Shown piece after piece: positions 30,601 to 39,507 of a DNA stretch of 64,000 nt. The notes below the pieces were generated by a model. The model ran no database searches. It had not been told where the DNA came from and saw only the letters and a list, made by a program, of their open reading frames with translations. Every line of letters begins with the position of its first letter. Position 1 is the first letter of the stretch. Both the position numbers and the translations under genes were made by a program. This stretch comes from an uncultured Verrucomicrobiae bacterium (GTDB lineage Bacteria; Verrucomicrobiota; Verrucomicrobiia; Chthoniobacterales; JAFAMB01): assembly GCA_963813025.1 (NCBI GenBank), contig CAWEXO010000016.1, positions 43,082 through 107,081 of the forward strand, written 5' to 3'.

Positions 30601-30960
30601 CCCCGAAGTCAGAGTCTTGGCTGGGAACCCTTCAACAAATGGGATAAGCCAACGGCGGTTATTGCCGGAGAAAGCAATTACTCCGATGCGTACCTCTTCC
30701 CGTGGGTCTACCAGCATCTAAAGATCGGCAAGATTATCGGGATGCCGATCCCGGGGACCGGCACATTTGTCTGGTGGGAAACGCAGCAGGATCCCTCGCT
30801 GGTGTTTGGGATCCCGGAAGGCCCCTTCGTTGACTCGCAAGGACACCTCATGGAGAAAACTCAAGTCGAACCCGATATCCAGGTTGAGAACGACCCAAAA
30901 AGCGTGGTGGAAGGTGCCGATCGTCAACTCGAGGCCGCGGTTCGCGAATTGTCGAAGTAG
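27628..30960 (+). CDS. tricorn-like S41 family peptidase, secreted
   Basis: Signal peptide; PD40 beta-propeller repeats (SPDG); ELNASH, PDZ-like region, DTRYNGGG, NYSDA catalytic Ser. Confidence 0.92.
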   Translation: MFSSLRSVARNLILFGCSFFLFANTSAWAQQAEALGPVSEPLWMRYPQISPDGQTIAFSFQGHIFSVPSSGGLARALTAGPAHDTSPVWSPDGKMIAFASDRYGHYDVYLISAEGGPARRLTTYSTDQIPTSFTPDSQFVLFSAHRMNTATASKFPLGNWLPELYKVSIEEGRASQLILTTPALHARHDRAARRILYENQKGYEDPWRKHETFSIAHDIFLYNADTGDHTKLTTFVGEDRDPVWAPDEQSFYYLSEMSGSFNIWRLPITGAQDQAPEQITNFSRNPVRFLSIAENGTLAFGFNGEIYVLPPGSRDPRKVSIQIATAPSAPRMQEANLADQATEISLSPNGKEIAFVVRGDIYVASIETGATKRITNTPGQERTVSFSPDGRKLVFAAEYDKPWALYEASIVQPKEKEPYFFDATAIDIHPLLENGKENFQPKYSPDGKEVAYLEDRATIKILNLETKQTRVILPSTFNYSYEDGDRWFDWSPDGKWLLVDFVDTNRFSEEAGLVDTAGRQELTNLTKSGYEDIQPEWAMDGKTMFWLTNRYGLHGDGYSEHPQLDVYEMFFTQAALDRFKLSKAEYSIIKAQEDEAKKKQEQAENKGKPGPTPTPAPKLAEPVPLELKDIEDRTARLTLGSAQIAQAKLTSDGETLVYLAKSDKGYALWSEKIRDKEIKQLGEFDAPPPHRPGARLPQQIELNKEGNTAFVLVNGRINKVNLADGKSEAVKLTAEKEIDGPAERHYLFEHMCRQMKEKFYAADMGGVDWDYYKQVYARFLPFITDNRDFSEMMSELLGELNASHTGCRFFPQSADETAALGAFYDQSYTGPGLKIQEVIESGPLVTASAQVAAGMIIEKIDETVITPGMEVSPLLNHKVGQPVLLSIFDPAKNSRFDVRIKPIGLGEQENLLYERWVKQRRELVDRLSHGTIGYVHVRSMSDESYRDTFAEALGRDSGKKALIIDTRYNGGGNLHDQLATLLSGKRYLEIVPRSQSLGWEPFNKWDKPTAVIAGESNYSDAYLFPWVYQHLKIGKIIGMPIPGTGTFVWWETQQDPSLVFGIPEGPFVDSQGHLMEKTQVEPDIQVENDPKSVVEGADRQLEAAVRELSK

Positions 30961-31010
30961 AAATCGGTTGCCGGACCTGGTGATCAGTTCTAATTTCGGC
31001 TCCGTTTTTC

Positions 31011-31084
31011 GGAGACATAGCTCAACTGGTTAGAGCGCTGCCCTGTCACGGCAGAGGTTGCGGGTTCGAGCCCCGTTGTCTCCG
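31011..31084 (+). tRNA. tRNA-Asp(GTC), CCA not encoded
   Basis: Acceptor stem GGAGACA/TGTCTCC, anticodon arm CTGCC-CTGTCAC-GGCAG, T-loop GTTCGAG. Confidence 0.95.
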
Positions 31085-31109
31085 CATTGTCATTTCCGGG
31101 AGTACCGCT

Positions 31110-31496
31110 ATGGACATTATCCAGAAAATTGAGAAAGAGCAGATGAAGTCAGATCTCGCCCCTTTTAAGGTTGGCGACACGGTCCGCGTACACACCAGGG
31201 TCGTTGAGGGTGATAAGGAACGTATTCAGATTTTTTCCGGCATTGTTATCGGTCGACGTGGGACTGGGCTGAACTCCTTCTTTACTGTCCGCCGCATTTC
31301 CTACGGGGAAGGCGTTGAGCGTGTTTTTCCATTGCATTCGCCGCGAATCGCCAAGATCGAAATCGAACGTTCTGGAGATGTCCGCCGAGCAAAGCTGAAT
31401 TACTTACGGAATCGCAAGGGTAAACAGGCGATGACCGTCAAAGAGCGCGCCCAAGCGATTCAAAGTCCCGCGAAGTCAACGCCCAAGGCGGCATAG
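31110..31496 (+). CDS. rplS: 50S ribosomal protein L19
   Basis: FKVGDTVRV...[30 protein letters not shown]. Confidence 0.97.
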   Translation: MDIIQKIEKEQMKSDLAPFKVGDTVRVHTRVVEGDKERIQIFSGIVIGRRGTGLNSFFTVRRISYGEGVERVFPLHSPRIAKIEIERSGDVRRAKLNYLRNRKGKQAMTVKERAQAIQSPAKSTPKAA

Positions 31497-31559
31497 CCGT
31501 CGTGGAGACGCGCCGGACCCTGTTTTTCGCTCTCGCGACTCGGGCGGCGGCGCGACAGG

Positions 31560-31605
31560 CCTTGTCGTCGCTTTAGACGGCGAAGCGCGACCGCCATCCA
31601 AAGGG
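31560..31605 (+). repeat. degenerate family B repeat
   Basis: CTTGTCGTCGCTTT...AGCGCGACCGCCA resembles 7025-7065. Confidence 0.55.
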
Positions 31606-31822
31606 GTCTTTTCGCCATGGACCCGGAGCTTCGTTCTTCGGTATTCTCGTTACACTCCATAATCCTGAAGAGTTTGAACGGAAGCTCGCCAAGATCCCGA
31701 AGAAGAGGAGATCGAGATTGGGGTAAAGCAAAGCAAAGTTCTGTACTGCTATCCTGGAAATTCGATCAAAAAATCGGCGCAAAGCGGTTGCGCCAAATCA
31801 GGCGATTCGACATCATGCGTTT

Positions 31823-32488
31823 ATGCGGCACAGCCAGGAGCCGAGACGGCGCTTCTCCTGTTCTTTCCGATTCGAGAAACAGCTTCGCCAACAAGGTTAC
31901 GAGTGTATTGCCGGGATCGACGAAGCCGGTCGCGGACCTCTGGCTGGACCGGTGGTCGCCGCAGCCGTAGTGTTGCCCCGGCGCATCTCTTTAACCGGCC
32001 TCAATGACTCAAAGCAGCTTTGCCCCGCGTTACGCGAAGAGTTTTATGAAAAGCTTACCGTCAACCCGGCTGTACTGATCGGCGTCGGGAGCGCGACCTC
32101 CGCCGAGATCGATCACATCAATATTTTACGAGCAACCTATGTCGCGATGCAGCGGGCAATCGCCGCCTTACCTGTCGCGCCGGAACATTTTTTAATCGAC
32201 GGGTTACCCGTGCCCTTCTTTCAAACGCGGCAAACCGCAATCATCGACGGAGACGCCAAATCACTGAGCATCGCAGCCGCGAGCGTGATTGCCAAAGTGA
32301 CTCGTGACCGTATGATGCAGACTTGGCATGAGCGATATCCGCACTACCAGTTCCAGACGAACAAAGGGTATGCTACGCCGGAACATCGGGAGCTTCTCCG
32401 CATCCATGGACCATGCGAAATCCATCGTCGTTCGTTTGAGCCGGTCGCCCAGATGTATCTTCCACTCGGTCTTTCGGCGCTTTGCTAA
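31823..32488 (+). CDS. rnhB: ribonuclease HII
   Basis: AGIDEAGRGPLAGPVVAAA, NDSKQL, SIAAASVIAKV.RD, KGY. Confidence 0.96.
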   Translation: MRHSQEPRRRFSCSFRFEKQLRQQGYECIAGIDEAGRGPLAGPVVAAAVVLPRRISLTGLNDSKQLCPALREEFYEKLTVNPAVLIGVGSATSAEIDHINILRATYVAMQRAIAALPVAPEHFLIDGLPVPFFQTRQTAIIDGDAKSLSIAAASVIAKVTRDRMMQTWHERYPHYQFQTNKGYATPEHRELLRIHGPCEIHRRSFEPVAQMYLPLGLSALC

Positions 32489-32549
32489 GTGGTTTCCGCG
32501 GAGGGTCCGAGCCGGACTGGCGCTAAAAGGAAAGCCGACCCATCTGCGC

Positions 32550-32915
32550 TTGGGGCAGGCCGGCGAGAAAATTGCCGCCGGTTTTCTACGCAAACAGGGT
32601 TACAAAATCCTTTACCGAAACTTCCGTTCTCGCCGAGGGGGCGAGATCGACTTAGTTTGCCGGGATCGCAAGGACGGCAATCTGGTCTTTGTGGAGGTGA
32701 AAACCCGGGGAACGAGTCTGTTCGCTCCGCCCCGTTCGGCCGTGAATTGGACGAAACGAATTCACTTGATCCGAGCCGCTAAAGAATGGCTTCGGCTTTT
32801 GGATCGACCCGACATTTGTTACCGCTTTGATATCGTGGAGGTTGTCACCTACCCGAGGGAATCCTGTAACCTGATCCGCAACGCGTTTGGTGTGCCGGAT
32901 GATGTCTATTCGTAG
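32550..32915 (+). CDS. yraN: YraN (UPF0102) family endonuclease-like protein
   Basis: G..GE..A..FL..QGY.IL.RN, GEIDLV, LVFVEVKTR, RFDIV; start codon uncertain. Confidence 0.88.
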   Translation: MGQAGEKIAAGFLRKQGYKILYRNFRSRRGGEIDLVCRDRKDGNLVFVEVKTRGTSLFAPPRSAVNWTKRIHLIRAAKEWLRLLDRPDICYRFDIVEVVTYPRESCNLIRNAFGVPDDVYS

Positions 32916-32985
32916 CCAAGCCACCGGAAACTGTTGATCGCCAAAAGCGAAGAGGGAAGTTATGATGTCGTCCGGAGTTTGATGT

Positions 32986-33579
32986 ATGCCGGAATTCCGC
33001 TTGGAGTCGTCGACCACGCGTTTGAGTACAATCGCCACCGTCTTTCTGGATGCCGTGCTGTTCGACGGTGCGCTGGCCATCGACGGAACTGTCGGCAATG
33101 GGTATGACACCCTTTATCTCGCTCACCGGGTAGGCCCGCGCGGGCACGTGCTCGGTTTCGATGTTCAAAAAGGAGCTTTGACAGGAGCTGGAGAGCTACT
33201 TCGCTTTACCGGCGTTTTCAATCGGGTCCGCCTGGTCTTGGACGATCACGCCCACATTGGGCGTTACCTGGCGCTGGAGCAGAACGTCCAGGCCGCGATG
33301 TTCAATCTTGGGTTTTTGCCGCGGAGCAATCGGCAGGTCATTACCCATCCGGAAACGACTGTGAAAGCGCTTGACGAAGTTTTGATTCGCCTGGCCAGGA
33401 GTGGACGGGCGACGGTTCTGTCTTATCGGGGTCACGCCGGCGGCCCCGAGGAGCACCGCGCCCTCGTTGGATATTTGCGAGCGCTTACGAACTCGTTCGA
33501 GGTTCGGGAATTCACCGGGGCAAGAGATGCGGCGGATACGCCGCGGCTTTTCACGATAGAACGGTGCGGGGACCGGTGA
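32986..33579 (+). CDS. class I SAM-dependent methyltransferase, YtqB/MnmM-like
   Basis: IDGTVGNGYDT..LA, FDVQ, MFNLGFLP, YRGHAGG.EE. Confidence 0.82.
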   Translation: MPEFRLESSTTRLSTIATVFLDAVLFDGALAIDGTVGNGYDTLYLAHRVGPRGHVLGFDVQKGALTGAGELLRFTGVFNRVRLVLDDHAHIGRYLALEQNVQAAMFNLGFLPRSNRQVITHPETTVKALDEVLIRLARSGRATVLSYRGHAGGPEEHRALVGYLRALTNSFEVREFTGARDAADTPRLFTIERCGDR

Positions 33580-33788
33580 GGAGTTACAGGAGTCGCGGCG
33601 AATTCGTAGGTCGGTAGGCCGCGTATCGACTTGAGCTGATTGGCGTCAATATCAGCCTTCTGTTTCCGCGACGCGTATCTGCGCCAAGTGGATCGAAACG
33701 AGGTGGCCGATGGCAAAGTGGCACCGACACTGACACTGCTCCTGAACGCCGGGCTCCCGACTGCCAGATGCCGACTCCTGTAACTCCT
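33579..33788. repeat. inverted element with perfect 17-bp arms AGGAGTTACAGGAGTCG
   Basis: 33579-33595 is complementary to 33772-33788; the spacer includes GACACT hexamers. Confidence 0.8.
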
Positions 33789-33804
33789 GCCTCCCGACCG
33801 CTGA

Positions 33805-35433
33805 CTATCGCGGATTGACGATCCTTCCGGTGATCAGCATAAAACGATAGATCGCCGCCTCCTGCCCGGAGTTAAGTTGCAGAACACGGTTCTGTATCTC
33901 GCGTTCGGTTTTGGTTAGCCGGCCCAGCATAAGCACGTGCTCGCGCCAGGTCGTCGTCACCGCCTCCATCCGGAACACTGCCCGATCGGCAAGGTTCTCG
34001 TAAAGCCGAACGCTGGACGCCCCGTTGCGCAGATACACCAGCCGAAGTTCTTGCATCAATTCCAGAAACTCTTGCCGGTTTTTCTCATCGATTCTCAGCT
34101 CCGCAACGACGGCCACCGGACCTTCGTCCGGAGCTGGTGCGTCGGCGAACTCGGGAATCTGCGGTGCCGGCGACAGGTCCGTATCGAGCGACTTGATAAA
34201 ATCGATCGAGAGCGGACCCGCCACAGAGAGGTTGAAGCAGACCAGCAGAGCGGCAAGCACCAACGTATATTCGAAGCCGGTGAATGCCGCCGCGGCACCC
34301 CAGGCCACGCCGCCAAGGGCGATGCCACCCTGCGAGACCATGATTTGCGCCGCGTTCAACCGGCCACGGGTCCAGCCAGGCATTGCTTGCTGAGCCACCA
34401 CCCAAAGTTCCGATGCGGCCAGCGTCCAGCCCAGGCCCGCAAGGGCCGCAACAACCATAAAAGCTTCGAGCTGACGAACCGCCGCCATCAAGACATACAC
34501 CAACGCAAGCAAGACGCTCGCGAGTATGGTGACCTGGTTGGAGCTGAAGCGATCTCGTGCCCATGGTATGACAAACACCGCGCCTAGAAGCGAACCGATC
34601 GCGATGCTGGTGAAAAGGATCCCGAGGTGCGCCGAATCCAGGTGGAGCGCTTTCAACCCCACTACCGGCAGCAGCGCTGGAATAACCGAAATCAACAGCG
34701 AGAACAGGAAGGCGCGCAGCAGGACGATCTGAATTCCACGAGAATATCGGACGTAGCGCAAGGCGCCAACAAAGGACTCAAATACGCTTTCGGTCGGCGC
34801 CCGCAAACGCCGGTGCTTCTTCCGCCATCGCATGATCACGGTCAACACAACGAGGAAGCCGACGGCGTTCAGCGCGAAAATCGCATTCGCGCCGATCAGG
34901 GGAAGGAGTAACCCGCCGAGGGCTGGCCCGATAACCCCGGAAATATTCATCTGCACTCCTCCGAGGGTGACTGCTGAAGGCAGTTCTTCCTTGGATACGA
35001 GATCCGGGATCACCGAGCTCCAGGCCGGTGCGTTGCATGCAAACCCGACTCCCAGGAGAAACACCGCGACAAGGACCACCAAGGGATTCAGCAACTTTAG
35101 CCCTCCCAGAACTGCCAATCCGGCTGCGGCCAGAGCAAGCCAGATGTGCATAACGCTGAGAATTTTCTTCCGGTCTACCGTGTCGGCCAGCGCGCCGGCT
35201 GGAAACGTCAGTAGAAAAAAAGGCAATGAGGCCGCCGTGGACAAAAGCGACAGGAGGAACCGCGACGGCGTCAGGGTGTTCATGACCCAGGTGGCCGCCA
35301 TATCGTGAGCCGAGACGCAACACCCGGAGAGGACGCTGGCCAACCACAGACTGCGAAAAGCGGGGTTCCGTAAGGACAGCCAAACGGAAGTGGCGCTTAG
35401 CGGCCTCGAAAATCTCGCGAATAGCCTCACCAT
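33805..35433 (-). CDS. MFS transporter (MFS_3/DUF894 type with C-terminal soluble domain)
   Basis: LR.PAFR.LW, AGALAD.VDRK, GPALGG, C-terminal GPV...R.GA. Confidence 0.88.
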   Translation of the reverse strand: MVRLFARFSRPLSATSVWLSLRNPAFRSLWLASVLSGCCVSAHDMAATWVMNTLTPSRFLLSLLSTAASLPFFLLTFPAGALADTVDRKKILSVMHIWLALAAAGLAVLGGLKLLNPLVVLVAVFLLGVGFACNAPAWSSVIPDLVSKEELPSAVTLGGVQMNISGVIGPALGGLLLPLIGANAIFALNAVGFLVVLTVIMRWRKKHRRLRAPTESVFESFVGALRYVRYSRGIQIVLLRAFLFSLLISVIPALLPVVGLKALHLDSAHLGILFTSIAIGSLLGAVFVIPWARDRFSSNQVTILASVLLALVYVLMAAVRQLEAFMVVAALAGLGWTLAASELWVVAQQAMPGWTRGRLNAAQIMVSQGGIALGGVAWGAAAAFTGFEYTLVLAALLVCFNLSVAGPLSIDFIKSLDTDLSPAPQIPEFADAPAPDEGPVAVVAELRIDEKNRQEFLELMQELRLVYLRNGASSVRLYENLADRAVFRMEAVTTTWREHVLMLGRLTKTEREIQNRVLQLNSGQEAAIYRFMLITGRIVNPR

Positions 35434-35479
35434 CCTGAACCCCCGGCTCCTGTCTCCGGCGACTCAATTGAAGCGCAGA

Positions 35480-35603
35480 TTGGAACCACAGATTGCACCG
35501 GTTAGCACAGATTAATCGAAAACACGTTGATTATTCGATAATCAAAACGCTGATGTATTTCGTCGTCTGAATCTGTGCTGATCGGTGGAATCTGTGGTTC
35601 CAA
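35480..35603. repeat. inverted-repeat (MITE-like) element with CACAGATT-unit arms
   Basis: Arms 35480-35513 and 35570-35603 are 31/34 complementary; related to 6141-6277. Confidence 0.82.
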
Positions 35604-35642
35604 TTTTGCTTCATCCTGAACTCCTGACTCCCGACTCCTCAG

Positions 35643-36968
35643 TTAATAGCGGCGACGAGCGACCAAAGGGGGTCCCTCGATATTGGAGAGATCGATGCCG
35701 TTTTCTTCCAACACATGAAAAATGTTTTCGAGAAGGAGCGGAACGCCGTCTGCCCGATTGTCTGGATTGACCGTCTTGTGCTTGGCAAGTTCATCGCGAA
35801 GCTGTGCCTGGAGGTAGGACTTGAACCGGGCAACGGGATCGGAGACCGGCGAGTTGGTATCAGCTTCCCGGCTGACCGCTTCCGTGAAGCGTTCCTCCGC
35901 CAGCTCGTTCAGCGTTCGCCTGAGTTGCGCAATATTTTCGGTCAACATTGCGTTCTGCTCACGCAGAGCCTGAGCCTCGTCGTGCGAAGCAGGCGAGGGG
36001 TGTCGAACAACCGGTTTGGTGCGAGCTTCCGGGAGGCGCTGTTTCTGGAGACGGTCCCGGCTTTGCGTCAGCTCACGCTTCAGTTCGCCGAAAAGCCTTT
36101 CGATTGCTCGAAGCAGAGGAGTGAGCTCCGCACCTTCGACCGATTTGCGCGGACGGTTCGCTTCCGGGGCGGGCCGTCCACTCGATAGAGAGCCCGGAGA
36201 TCCTTCCGGTCTGAGCCCGGGCAAAGGAGGTTTCGCGATGTGGGACTTCTCCAGCTTTTCTCGGACAACTTCGCTGATTTTTGGGGGCAGCTCTTCGCTC
36301 GCCGTAAGTTCCTTCAACCAGCGCGCGCTCCAACGGCGAAAGGTCTCGGCAACTTCAGCCTGGCTGTTTTCGGGTAGACGGGCCAATCCCGAGGTGCTTC
36401 TGGCCCATTGAAGAATCGACAGGGCCGCTGGCGGATTCAGAATTCCGCCAATAGCGCACAGGGCATGAACGGCGAGCAGCTGGGCATCGACCGGTCGAAG
36501 AGTCTTCAGGTCGATCTGGAGCAACCAAGGCTTGTTTTTTCCCAAGAGGACACTCGAAAACGCTTGGCGATCCTTGGCGGTCCAAGTCCCTGGCTCGCCG
36601 ATGAGTCGCAGCGTGCTCAGCAGCAACTTTGTGGCGGAATCGGGGTCGAGCTTGTAAAGCCCGCGCGCCAAACTCAAACGGATTCGCTTACCCGCTTCAG
36701 ACTCATTGCCCCGGATCGCTGTCAAGAAGGCTTTCCGCCGACTCGGCGAGAGCTGTGGCCACGCTTCGCTTGTACCGGTCACGGGAATGAACCAGGGCAG
36801 GTCCGGCACCTTTTCCATTGCGAGAGTAGTCGCTTTTCCGCCCGCGAGAAGAAGATCCCGAAACAACGCCGCTCCACGCTGCTCGTCGGCCGCGGTCAAC
36901 CGGCGGGTCCGCGATTCGCCGGCGATTTTGTTCAGCTCATCGGCAATGGAATCGACGTCTTTGGACAT
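35643..36968 (-). CDS. hypothetical protein (helical N-terminus, Pro-rich linker, coiled-coil C-terminus)
   Basis: 441-aa ORF whose ATG lies 1 nt after the upstream stop; no family recognised. Confidence 0.7.
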   Translation of the reverse strand: MSKDVDSIADELNKIAGESRTRRLTAADEQRGAALFRDLLLAGGKATTLAMEKVPDLPWFIPVTGTSEAWPQLSPSRRKAFLTAIRGNESEAGKRIRLSLARGLYKLDPDSATKLLLSTLRLIGEPGTWTAKDRQAFSSVLLGKNKPWLLQIDLKTLRPVDAQLLAVHALCAIGGILNPPAALSILQWARSTSGLARLPENSQAEVAETFRRWSARWLKELTASEELPPKISEVVREKLEKSHIAKPPLPGLRPEGSPGSLSSGRPAPEANRPRKSVEGAELTPLLRAIERLFGELKRELTQSRDRLQKQRLPEARTKPVVRHPSPASHDEAQALREQNAMLTENIAQLRRTLNELAEERFTEAVSREADTNSPVSDPVARFKSYLQAQLRDELAKHKTVNPDNRADGVPLLLENIFHVLEENGIDLSNIEGPPLVARRRY

Positions 36969-36969
36969 C

Positions 36970-38502
36970 TCAGAAACGCGCGGCACAGGCGGGTAGAATC
37001 GGCGGTGATCCGCTCGGCGGTTTCGGCAGAAACAGACTTTGCCATTCCAAGGCGAGCCATTGACGTACTCCGCGAAGCATCAGGGGCACCGAGGAGCGGT
37101 CAGGACTGAACCCCGGGAGCAACAGACGCCGATCGCGATTGTTCTTACCGTAGATACCGGCTCCCAGCCGTTTCTTGGCAAGGACGGCCAAGCGACGGTT
37201 ATAGAGTCGCATGAATCGGCCGAATGTCTGCCCGATCGGGCCGGCGTAGGGCAAGGCGGAGTAGCGGTCGGGCGCATTACCATACGCTTGTCGAACCGGC
37301 CCAATAAAATAGGCCCCAACATCAAGCAGAAAGGCGACCTGCATCAGCTCAGCGTCGCCCATGTAATAGTATTTGTCTTTGTAGACGCCGTTGAACCAGG
37401 TGTGAAACTGCTGCTGATACAGATCATTGTATCTTTTCGTCCGGCCGGAAACATCCTCTCCGTTCAAGGCGTCTCCAACAACTTCAGTTATCGCTGACAC
37501 CGTATAAGAGACAAAATCCAGTCCGGGACTGTAGAGCGGGTCAAGAAATCCAGCGGCATCGCCGGCCAGCGCCCAGCCATCACCGATTGTCTGCGTGCTG
37601 TAAAAAGGAAGGGAGGAATAGGTGCGGACATCGTTCTGGATATACTCAGCGGCCGCGAAAAGACGGCGTCCAAGCGGATGCTGGAGCAGATGGGCCTTCA
37701 GACGCTCTCCCAGATTTGGACCTTCCGGCAGAGCATAAAGTCGACTGTCGTAAACCAGGCCGACGCTGAAATCGCCTCCTTTCAATGGAATGATCCAGCA
37801 CCACCAGCCGAAGCCCATCAGATGATTGGTCGCCCACTGGCGCGTCACCCGGCAAGCCTCGGTGAATTGCGGCGCTTCGGCCCAAATTTCGGCGCCGTCC
37901 AGGTCAGCGGTCTTGCGAAAACGAGCCCAGACGGCATTTGTCGGATGATCGGAGAGAGGACGAAACAGCTTCAGTTTTCGGGCAATGACGGCGGCTCGGC
38001 CGCTAGCGTCAACGACCCACTTGCCGGTCACGGATCGGACTTCGTCGCCCAGCTTGACCGTGACCTCGTTTCGGCCGGCTCCGCCAAATTGGAGTTCCTG
38101 GATCTTGGCCGGCCGCCAGAGATCGCATCCGCTGGCTACGGCTTTGTCCAGAATGACTTGGTCCAGTTTTGACCGGTCTAGCTGAAAGGTTGGTAGGCGC
38201 GTTTGGTATAAAGGACCGATCTCCGCGCAGCTGGTGAAAGGATCGTCGCTTTGGCCGTAAAACCAAAAGCGCAGGCCGGACTTGCTGAGTTGTTCATGAC
38301 CGAGATGATGAGCCAGGTTCAAAACGCGCGTGAGAAAGCAGGCGCTGACCTCACTAGTGGATTCGCCAACCTTGCGATCGAATTCCGGGGATTTTTCAAT
38401 AATTAGAACGCGCCGTTGGGGTTGCCGATGCTTGAGCAGATAAGCGGTCGACGCTCCGGCAATCGCCCCTCCGATGACCACTAAGTCGTAGTCGGATCGC
38501 AT
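36970..38502 (-). CDS. flavin-dependent halogenase-like FAD oxidoreductase
   Basis: VIGGAIAG FAD motif, KVGEST, K-x-G-x-x-F (SKSGLRF), WCWIIP, GDAAGFLDPLYS.G. Confidence 0.82.
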   Translation of the reverse strand: MRSDYDLVVIGGAIAGASTAYLLKHRQPQRRVLIIEKSPEFDRKVGESTSEVSACFLTRVLNLAHHLGHEQLSKSGLRFWFYGQSDDPFTSCAEIGPLYQTRLPTFQLDRSKLDQVILDKAVASGCDLWRPAKIQELQFGGAGRNEVTVKLGDEVRSVTGKWVVDASGRAAVIARKLKLFRPLSDHPTNAVWARFRKTADLDGAEIWAEAPQFTEACRVTRQWATNHLMGFGWWCWIIPLKGGDFSVGLVYDSRLYALPEGPNLGERLKAHLLQHPLGRRLFAAAEYIQNDVRTYSSLPFYSTQTIGDGWALAGDAAGFLDPLYSPGLDFVSYTVSAITEVVGDALNGEDVSGRTKRYNDLYQQQFHTWFNGVYKDKYYYMGDAELMQVAFLLDVGAYFIGPVRQAYGNAPDRYSALPYAGPIGQTFGRFMRLYNRRLAVLAKKRLGAGIYGKNNRDRRLLLPGFSPDRSSVPLMLRGVRQWLALEWQSLFLPKPPSGSPPILPACAARF

Positions 38503-38611
38503 TTTAAATTTGCTTTCATCAAACCCGCTTCGCTTTATCGCTCCACTCGGACGGAAGGTCAATGCGAACAGAAGTCTGCGATGAACTCGTGCACTGTGGC
38601 TTGCGCGTTGT

Positions 38612-38967
38612 GTAGCGCCGACGGCCGCGTCGGTACTCCACACTTGGCGTTTCCGGCACGTCGCACGATCCCTCGACCTCGAATGACGCAGCAAAGGCGT
38701 GCGCGTCGCGTAGCGCCGACGGCCGCGTCGGTACTCCACACTTGGCGTTTCCGGCACGTCGCACGATCCCTCGACCTCGAATGACGCAGCAAGGGCGTGC
38801 GCGTCGCGTAGCGCCGACGGCCGCGTCGGTACTCCACACTTGGCGTTTCCGGCACGTCGCGTAATCTTCTCGATTTCAGGATGCTCGAGGCCCGTCCACT
38901 AAATTCGGTGAATCCCGCAATGTACTGGCACCGCCAGCAAAAATACCGACGAGGCCGTCGGCGCTAC
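38612..38967. repeat. 98-bp tandem repeat (2.5 copies), each starting with a GTAG REP, closed by an inverted REP
   Basis: Units start at 38612, 38710 and 38808 (one substitution between the two full units); inverted REP at 38944-38967. Confidence 0.9.
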
Positions 38968-39018
38968 GTCATCGGCAGGGGCTCGCGCGTCTGCCTTTGA
39001 TCCTGCCCGAGGCCCTTT

Positions 39019-39381
39019 TTATTCGTGCGGCGGCTTGAACGACAGCAGGGCCAGCCAGCCGAAGATCATGCCCAGACCGCCCAGTGGAGTGATCAGGGCG
39101 AGCCACTTCGCGTTGCTGAGGGCAAGCAGGTAGAGCGAGCCGCTGAAGAGGATCATGCCGAAGAAGATGAGGTAAAAAGCGAGCCTCGGCGCGGTGCGCC
39201 AGCCGGATAAGACCAGAAGAACTACGCTGTGCACCAGATGATAAAGGGCACCGGTCTGCCAGAATTGCATGGTGCCGAGCTCGCCCAACTTCGCGCGTAA
39301 AGCATGAGAGCCAAGCGCACCAAATAAAACAGCAAGAAAACCGGAAAGGCTCGCAACGTTTCGTTCCAGACGGTTATCCAT
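39019..39381 (-). CDS. DUF423 (YgdD/TMEM256) family membrane protein
   Basis: GALGSHAL, WQTG.LYHL.H, GMILFSGSLY, ITPLGG. Confidence 0.92.
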   Translation of the reverse strand: MDNRLERNVASLSGFLAVLFGALGSHALRAKLGELGTMQFWQTGALYHLVHSVVLLVLSGWRTAPRLAFYLIFFGMILFSGSLYLLALSNAKWLALITPLGGLGMIFGWLALLSFKPPHE

Positions 39382-39507
39382 AAAACAGGAAGCAGAATTT
39401 CTCGTGAGGATGGCACAGCATGCCGGAGCAGCAAACAGCGTACGCTCGAGACGGAGCGTGTTTGGTTTCCGGCTCGGAGGGGGATGGTTTTCACCGGCGT
39501 CAAGAGA

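Noticed and set aside
31011..31110. tRNA-Asp as an integration site of a genomic island
   Set aside because: No integrase, no duplicated tRNA 3' end noticed, and rplS follows directly.
38503..38855. 85-aa N-terminal extension of the halogenase and overlapping short ORFs
   Set aside because: They derive from the 98-bp REP tandem repeat; the FAD motif begins right after Met at 38502.
38612..38860. CRISPR array
   Set aside because: The sequence between the palindromic repeats is itself repeated (no unique spacers), and no cas genes are in the window.
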